From the NCBI GenBank assembly GCA_046330185.1, contig JAXLTF010000015.1, positions 7,224-71,223 on the forward strand: a DNA stretch of 64,000 nucleotides. Direction: 5' to 3'. A model generated the notes under the pieces. That model had not been told where the DNA came from. It did not search any database and saw only the letters and a list, made by a program, of their open reading frames with translations. Position 1 is the stretch's first letter. Each line of letters starts with the position of its first letter. Position numbers and translations under genes: made by a program. Below are positions 58,925 to 64,000 of this stretch, piece after piece. This DNA is from Actinomycetota bacterium (GTDB lineage Bacteria; Actinomycetota; UBA4738; HRBIN12).

Positions 58925-60615
58925 CCGGGCCTCGACGGCGTGCGGCTGGAACAGACCGACCGTGCGGCCGTCCGCGTCGATGTCGACGTCCATGAACGCC
59001 GGCGACTTCCCCAGGCCAGGCATCCGCTGCATGTCTCCGCACAGCACGACGACGAAGCCGGCGCCCGCGGCCAGGACGACGCCGCGGACCGGCAGGCGGA
59101 AGCCGGTCGGCCGGTTCAACAGCGCCGGGTCGTGCGATGGCGACAGGTGGGTCTTCGCCATGCAGACGGGGATGGCGCCGAACCCCAGCGCGTCCATCCG
59201 CTCGAGGTCCTTCTCGGCCTGCGGGAGGTAGTCCACCCCGTCGGCCCCGTACACCCGCGTCGCGGTCGCCTCGATCGGTCGCGGCGCAGCGGTACCGTCC
59301 GGCGTCCAGGCACGCGAACGAGTTCGGTCGTTCGCGCCGCGGTGACGGCGTCCGCCAGGTCGGTGGCGCCGGCGCCGCCCTCGGAGAACCCGCGATTCAC
59401 GACGACGGTCTCGGCTCCGGCGCCCGACGCGAGTTCGTCGATCAGCTCGAGCTCGGCGGCCGTGTCCGACGGGAACGCGTTGATCGCCACGACGCACGGC
59501 AGCCCGTACGCGCGGGTGATCGCGATGTGGGCGGCCAGGTTGTCGATGCCCCGGCGCAGCGCGTCGAGGTCCTCGTCTCCGAGCCGATCGAACGGCATGC
59601 CGCCGTGGGACTTCGTGGCGCGGACCGTCGTCACGAGCACGGCGGCGCTCGGGGTGAAGCCCCCGAACCGGCACACGATGTCGCAGAACTTCTGCAGGCC
59701 CAGGTCGGAGGCGAACCCGGCCTCGGTCACGACGTAGTCCGCGAGCTTCAGCGCGACCCGGTCCTCGATGACCGAGTTGTTGGCGTGCGCGATGTTGCCG
59801 AACGGCCCGGCGTGGATCAGCACCGGCTGGTGCTCCAGGGTCTGAACGAGGTTCGGCGCGATCGCGTCCCTCATGATCACCGTCATCGCCCCCGCGACCC
59901 GCAGGTCCTCCGCCGTGACCGGCCGGCCGTCGCGCGTCTCGGCGACGACGATCCGCCCGAGGCGCGCCCTCAGGTCGTGCAGATCGCTCGCGAGCGCGAA
60001 GACCGCCATCACCTCCGACGCCGCCGTGATCACGAACTGGTTCTCTCGCGGGACGCCGTGGGTTCGCCCGCCGAGCCCGACCACGGTGTACCGGAGCTCG
60101 CGGTCGTTCACGTCGAGCGTCCGCGGCCACGTGATCGTCCGAGGGTCGATCCCGAGCGGGTTCCCGTTGAAGATCGAGGCGTCCAACGCGGCCGCCAGCA
60201 GGTTGTGGGCCGCCGTCACGGCGTGGAAGTCGCCGTTCAGATGCAGGTTGATCTCCTCCATCGGAACGACCTGCGCGTACCCTCCGCCGTTGCCGCCCCC
60301 CTTGATCCCGAACACCGGCCCCATCGACGGTTCGCGCAGGCAGAGCATCACGTCCTTGCCGATCGCCCCGAGGCCCTGCGCGAGCGAGACCGAGGTGGTG
60401 GTCTTGCCCTCGCCCGCCTTCGTCGGCGTGATCGCGGTCGTGATGATCAGCTTCCCGTCGGGGCGATCGCTCAGCCGCTCGAGGATCGCCGGCGAGACCT
60501 TCGCCCGGTAGCGACCGTACGGCTCGAGCTCGTCGGGCAGGATCCCCGCTGCCGCGGCGATCTGATCGATCGGCCGAAGCTCGGCCTCTTGGGCGATCTC
60601 GAGTCCTGATCTCAC
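58925..60615 (-). pseudogene. fhs: Formate--tetrahydrofolate ligase. At least one frame change near codon ~430; the 3' end is approximate.
   Basis: GTG start at 60615. PTKAGEGKTTTSV P-loop. Clean to ...GATDLADAVTAA (ORF 59116..60615). The C-terminal ...IEATATRVYGADGVDYLPQAEKDLERMDALGFGAIPVCMAKTHLSPSHDP...MPGLGKSPAFMDVDIDADGRTVGLF is in another frame (part of ORF 58175..60130). No stop follows GLF in that frame. Confidence 0.85.
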
Positions 60616-60693
60616 GCGGCGCTCCTCGGGCTAGAAGGGCAACGGGCGTGAGGATACCGGAGGCGTCCTGGGGGGTGGTGCGATACTCCGGCG

Positions 60694-62502
60694 GTGGACA
60701 TCCCCTCCTTCCTGCGGGCTCATCCGCCGTTCGACGAGCTGGACGACGTCGCGCTGGAGCAGGTCGTCCGCGCGACCGGCATCGAGTTCTTCCCGGTCGG
60801 CCAGGTGATCATGACGCAGGGCGGGGACCCGGCGCGCTTCCTCTACGTCGTGCGCACCGGTTCCGTCGAGGTGCTAGACGGAGACCAGGTCGTCGACCTG
60901 CATCAGGAGGGGGAGGTGTTCGGGTTCGTGTCCCTGCTGACCGGCGAGCGGCCGGCGCTCGGGACACGGGCCGCCGAGGAGACGATCTGCTACCTGATCG
61001 ACGGCGAGATCGCCGAGCGGATCCTGGTGTCGCGTCCCGGCGCGCTGTTCCTCTCGCGGAGCCTCCGCCGGCGCGAGCGCAAGGTGCTCGAGCACGTGGA
61101 ACCGCGCGCCGATCCATGGGGGCTGCCGGCGGGGAGCCTCGTGACGCGGGCGCCCATCGTCGTGACGGCGAGCGACTCCATCCGGTCCGTCGCCGAGCGC
61201 ATGGCCGCGGATCGTGTCTCGTCGGCGCTCGTGCGCCACGACGCCGGGCTGGGCATCGTGACCGACCGGGACCTGCGGTCCCGCGTGCTCGCCGAGGGCC
61301 GCGGGCCGGAGCGCCCGGTGTCGGACGTGGCGTCGGTGCCGCTGCTCTCGCTGCCCAGCACCTCCACCGTCGGGGAGGTGCTCGCCACGATGCTCGAGCG
61401 TGGGATCCATCACGTGCCGCTGGCCGACGGGGCCGGCGCCATCGTGGGCGTGCTCACCGACACCGACCTGATGGCGCTCGAACGAAGATCCGCGTTCCAG
61501 CTGCGCCTGCGGATCGAGCGGGCGCCCGACGCCGGGTCGGCCGCGGGGCTCGCGGCGGGCCTGCCGGAGATGGCCGCCGACCTCATCGACGCCGGGGTCG
61601 ACGCCCTGGAGGTGGCGCACGTGGCCGCCGTCACGGTCGACGTCCTGACGGCGCGGCTCCTCGCGCTCGCGATCGAGCGGCTCGGAGAGCCGCCCACCGC
61701 CTGGGCCTGGGTCGCGCTCGGAGCCGAAGCGCGCTCCGAGCGCTCGCTCTCCGGCGGGGTCGAGGGCGTCCTGTTCCACGCGGGAGGGCCGGAGGCCGAG
61801 GCCTACTTCGCGGAGGTGGCCGCCGCCGTGGACGAAGGGTTGACGGCCGCCGGGGTCGGGCGTTCGATGCGCGGTCCCGGGGCTGGCGCCCCGGGGACGC
61901 TCGAGGGGTGGCGCGCGCGGATCGAGACGTCGTTGGTCGGCTCGGGCGGCGATCCCTCCGGGCACGGCGCCGTCGCCGACAACCGCGTCGTCGCCGGCAC
62001 CCTCGAGGTCGACGACGCGCTCCTCGCCATCTGGCGCGCCGCGGCCAGGAACCGCGACTGGATCCGGTCGCTCGGACGATCGGCGGTGAGACCGCGCCCG
62101 CCTCGGGGGTTCCTCCGCGACGCCGTGGTCCAGGCGGGTGGAGGGTCGGTTCCCGACCTGGACGTCGGCCTAGCCGGGATCGGGGCCATCACCGACCTCG
62201 CCAGGATCCACGCTCTGCGCGCGGGCGTGCCGGAGGTCCGGACCGTCCGGAGGCTCCGCGTCGCCGCGGCCGCCGGGCGGCTCGCCGCAGAGGCCGCGGC
62301 CGGCCTCGAGGAGGCCCTCCGCCTCCTTTGGCGGATCCGGCTCGAGCACCAGGCCGGCCGCGTCCGCGCCGGCCAGGCCGTGGACGACGCCGTAGACCCG
62401 CGCACGCTGGGCCCCCTGGCGCGCCAGGCCCTCAAGGAGGCGTTCCGGATGATCGACCGAGCCCAGGGCCTGCTGGCCCTGGAGCTGGACCTGCGTCGGT
62501 GA
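60694..62502 (+). CDS. cNMP-binding + tandem CBS + DUF294-type putative nucleotidyltransferase protein
   Basis: 602 aa, GTG start. cNMP domain (FFPVGQVIMTQGGDPARFLYVVRTGSVEV...FGFVSLL). CBS pair (...IVTDRDL..., ...GVLTDTDL...). The DUF294 region is WAWVALGAEARSERSLSGGVEGVLF, and a DUF294_C-like helical end follows. Confidence 0.85.
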   Translation: MDIPSFLRAHPPFDELDDVALEQVVRATGIEFFPVGQVIMTQGGDPARFLYVVRTGSVEVLDGDQVVDLHQEGEVFGFVSLLTGERPALGTRAAEETICYLIDGEIAERILVSRPGALFLSRSLRRRERKVLEHVEPRADPWGLPAGSLVTRAPIVVTASDSIRSVAERMAADRVSSALVRHDAGLGIVTDRDLRSRVLAEGRGPERPVSDVASVPLLSLPSTSTVGEVLATMLERGIHHVPLADGAGAIVGVLTDTDLMALERRSAFQLRLRIERAPDAGSAAGLAAGLPEMAADLIDAGVDALEVAHVAAVTVDVLTARLLALAIERLGEPPTAWAWVALGAEARSERSLSGGVEGVLFHAGGPEAEAYFAEVAAAVDEGLTAAGVGRSMRGPGAGAPGTLEGWRARIETSLVGSGGDPSGHGAVADNRVVAGTLEVDDALLAIWRAAARNRDWIRSLGRSAVRPRPPRGFLRDAVVQAGGGSVPDLDVGLAGIGAITDLARIHALRAGVPEVRTVRRLRVAAAAGRLAAEAAAGLEEALRLLWRIRLEHQAGRVRAGQAVDDAVDPRTLGPLARQALKEAFRMIDRAQGLLALELDLRR

Positions 62503-63149
62503 GGTCGCGCCGGCCGGCCGGCCCCCACCGGCCTCCCCGGGGGACGTGGGGACAACGGTGGCGCGAGGCCGACTACCTCGCGCTCGACTTCGAGGCCACG
62601 GGCCTCGACCTCGCCCGGGACCGCATCATCTCGTTCGGCGCCGTTCCGATGAGCGGGGGGCGGATCGAGGTCGGCCGGGCCCGGTACCAGACCGTGGACC
62701 CCGAGGACCGTCCCCCGTCGCCCCGCTCGGTGACCGTGCACGGGATCCGACCGGTCGACCTGCGCGGCGCGCCCTCCCAGGCATCCGCCGCCGCCGCGCT
62801 CCGAGAGGCGCTCGAGGATCGCTTCCTCGTGGCGTGGTTCGGGGGCGTGGAGACGGGGTTCCTCGCCACCCTGTTCCGCCCGTCCGCGGCTCGATGGGCT
62901 CACACGATGGTCGACGTCCGCGATCTCATGCTGGCCCTCGAGGGCCCCGCCGCCTCGGAGCGGTCGCTCACCTCGGCCGCCGCATGGTACGGCGTGCCCG
63001 TCGCCGACCCGCACCACGCCCTCGACGATGCTCTGGTGACCGCGCAGCTGTTCTTCGTGGTGGGGGAGCGGCTGGCCCGCCGCGACGGCCTGACCAGCGT
63101 GTCGGACCTGCTGGGCGTGAGCGCTCGGGTGGCGCGGCCGAGACGCTGA
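62499..63149 (+). CDS. DEDDh 3'-5' exonuclease (DnaQ/epsilon-like) partner of the DUF294 protein
   Basis: In-frame GTG at 62499 of track ORF 60648..63149 (GTGA overlap with the upstream stop). ExoI LALDFEATGLD. ExoIII HHALDDALVTAQLF. The ExoII region is atypical (VAWFGGVETGFL). Confidence 0.8.
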   Translation: MRSRRPAGPHRPPRGTWGQRWREADYLALDFEATGLDLARDRIISFGAVPMSGGRIEVGRARYQTVDPEDRPPSPRSVTVHGIRPVDLRGAPSQASAAAALREALEDRFLVAWFGGVETGFLATLFRPSAARWAHTMVDVRDLMLALEGPAASERSLTSAAAWYGVPVADPHHALDDALVTAQLFFVVGERLARRDGLTSVSDLLGVSARVARPRR

Positions 63150-63186
63150 GCCGGATGAGCCGGTGTCGGCCCGCCCGGCCCGTGCC

Positions 63187-63453
63187 TCATCCCGACGGTG
63201 AAGGCTCCTGTTCGGGCTCGGGCAGCAGCGATCGCAACGTCTCGAGGGCGTCGCCGATCGCGTGATCGGAGGACGCTCCCGCGGCGCGGGCCCGGCCGGC
63301 TCCCATCCCGGCGAGGAAGGTGGCGACCGGCGTCAGCCGTCGCTCGACGCCGTGCGCCACGTCCCTCGCGGCCCGCAGCAGCTCGTCCACCTGCTCCGGC
63401 GCGAGCGGCTCCTCGCCGAACGCCGCCGCGACGCGATCGATCCACCCTTCCAT
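63187..63453 (-). CDS. Small conserved hypothetical protein (DUF6457-like, the type often found next to fdhD/mobA)
   Basis: ATG at 63453 within ORF 63187..63780 gives 88 aa. MEGWIDRVAAAFGEEPLAPEQVDELLRAARDVAHGVERRLTPVATFLAG... The family assignment is from memory. Confidence 0.45.
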   Translation of the reverse strand: MEGWIDRVAAAFGEEPLAPEQVDELLRAARDVAHGVERRLTPVATFLAGMGAGRARAAGASSDHAIGDALETLRSLLPEPEQEPSPSG

Positions 63454-63568
63454 GGAGCAACCTCCGATCCGCTCGACCGGCCAACGGTACCTGGCCGCAC
63501 GCCCGATGGCCCCGGCGGCGTTCCCGACGCAGGGTGACCGTGACGGTGAGGACGCGGATACTGTTCGG

Positions 63569-64000
63569 ATGGCCGAGGAGATCACGCTCCGCCGCGGGGT
63601 GCGGCCCATGCGGATCGTCGCCGTGCGCGACGGCCGTCGCTCCGAGCGGACGGACTCGCTCGCGACGGAGGAGCCGCTCGAGATCCGCGTGGAGGGTCCC
63701 GATCGGGCGGCCGTCCAGGTGGCCGTCACCATGCGGACCCCCGGGGGCGACTTCGAGCTCGCGGCCGGGTTCCTCTTCACCGAGGGTCTCGTGGTGCCGG
63801 GCGAGATCCGCAGGGTCGCGTACTGCGACGACCTCGGCGAGGAGCAGCAGCGCTACAACGTCGTGACGGTCACCGTCGAGCGGCCGTTCGATGTCGAGCG
63901 GCTGCGCCGGAACTTCTACGCGACGTCCTCCTGCGGCGTCTGCGGCAAGGCCGCGTTGGACGAGGTCGAGGTCAGGTGCGCGCCGGTGGGGGACGGGCCG
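63569..64000 (+). CDS. fdhD: Formate dehydrogenase accessory sulfurtransferase FdhD. Only the N-terminal 144 codons are present; the gene runs off the right edge.
   Basis: Not in the track because it is edge-truncated. My translation from the ATG at 63569 reads MAEEITLRRGVRPMRIVAVRDGRRSERTDSLATEEPLEIRVEG...MRTPGGDFELAAGFLFTEGLV...ATSSCGVCGKAALDEV, which includes the FdhD SSCGVCGK motif. Confidence 0.85.
   Translation, partial: MAEEITLRRGVRPMRIVAVRDGRRSERTDSLATEEPLEIRVEGPDRAAVQVAVTMRTPGGDFELAAGFLFTEGLVVPGEIRRVAYCDDLGEEQQRYNVVTVTVERPFDVERLRRNFYATSSCGVCGKAALDEVEVRCAPVGDGP

Noticed and set aside
60648-63149. 833-aa forward ORF
   Set aside because: Only the last 217 codons (the exonuclease, from the GTG at 62499) carry motifs. 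The rest overlaps the DUF294 gene in another frame.

Overview
Very GC-rich, actinobacterial-type chromosomal segment. The lineage markers are a WhiB regulator, a mycothiol/DinB-type enzyme, F420-type (LLM, Ddn-like) enzymes, an ECF sigma/anti-sigma pair, and a suf Fe-S operon with a Rieske gene. I can support about 65 protein-coding genes or gene remnants. I recognised no rRNA, tRNA, CRISPR array, transposase or integrase.

Content from left to right:
- 2-oxoacid dehydrogenase E1-alpha, lpdA and gcvT.
- A NarL-type two-component pair whose kinase carries a pseudo-receiver.
- A suf Fe-S assembly locus (sufT-like, rhodanese, sufB, sufD, Rieske, sufC, sufS, sufU) interrupted three times by predicted envelope or secreted-protein genes.
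- A Ca2+/H+ antiporter and a DUF2207 protein.
- An ECF sigma/anti-sigma pair.
- korAB.
- An aquaporin coupled to a NifS-like desulfurase, divergent from a receiver-domain gene followed by three tightly coupled small ORFs.
- Thiolase and a DEDD/GIY-YIG nuclease.
- A 1269-aa secreted protein with ten Calx-beta repeats, next to heptose-activation genes (gmhA, hddA-like).
- whiB, a GT4 glycosyltransferase and an ArsA-like ATPase.
- A folate/one-carbon island (MTHFS, two GcvT-family paralogs, fhs).
- A cNMP-CBS-DUF294 protein with a DEDDh exonuclease.
- fdhD.

The most striking sequence-level anomaly is two ~5-kb blocks (about 27.1-32.2 kb and 54.3-59.4 kb), plus one spot in the Calx-beta gene. There, otherwise well-conserved genes are disrupted purely by 1-nt indels. 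This means either local consensus errors or very recent decay.

I did not find one clear-cut novel system. The best candidates are the receiver-linked small-protein cassette (39.0-40.4 kb), the envelope cassette embedded in suf (11.6-15.8 kb), and the Calx-beta/heptose locus.

All calls come from hand translation and remembered family motifs. No searches were run. Start codons and pseudogene boundaries are approximate.
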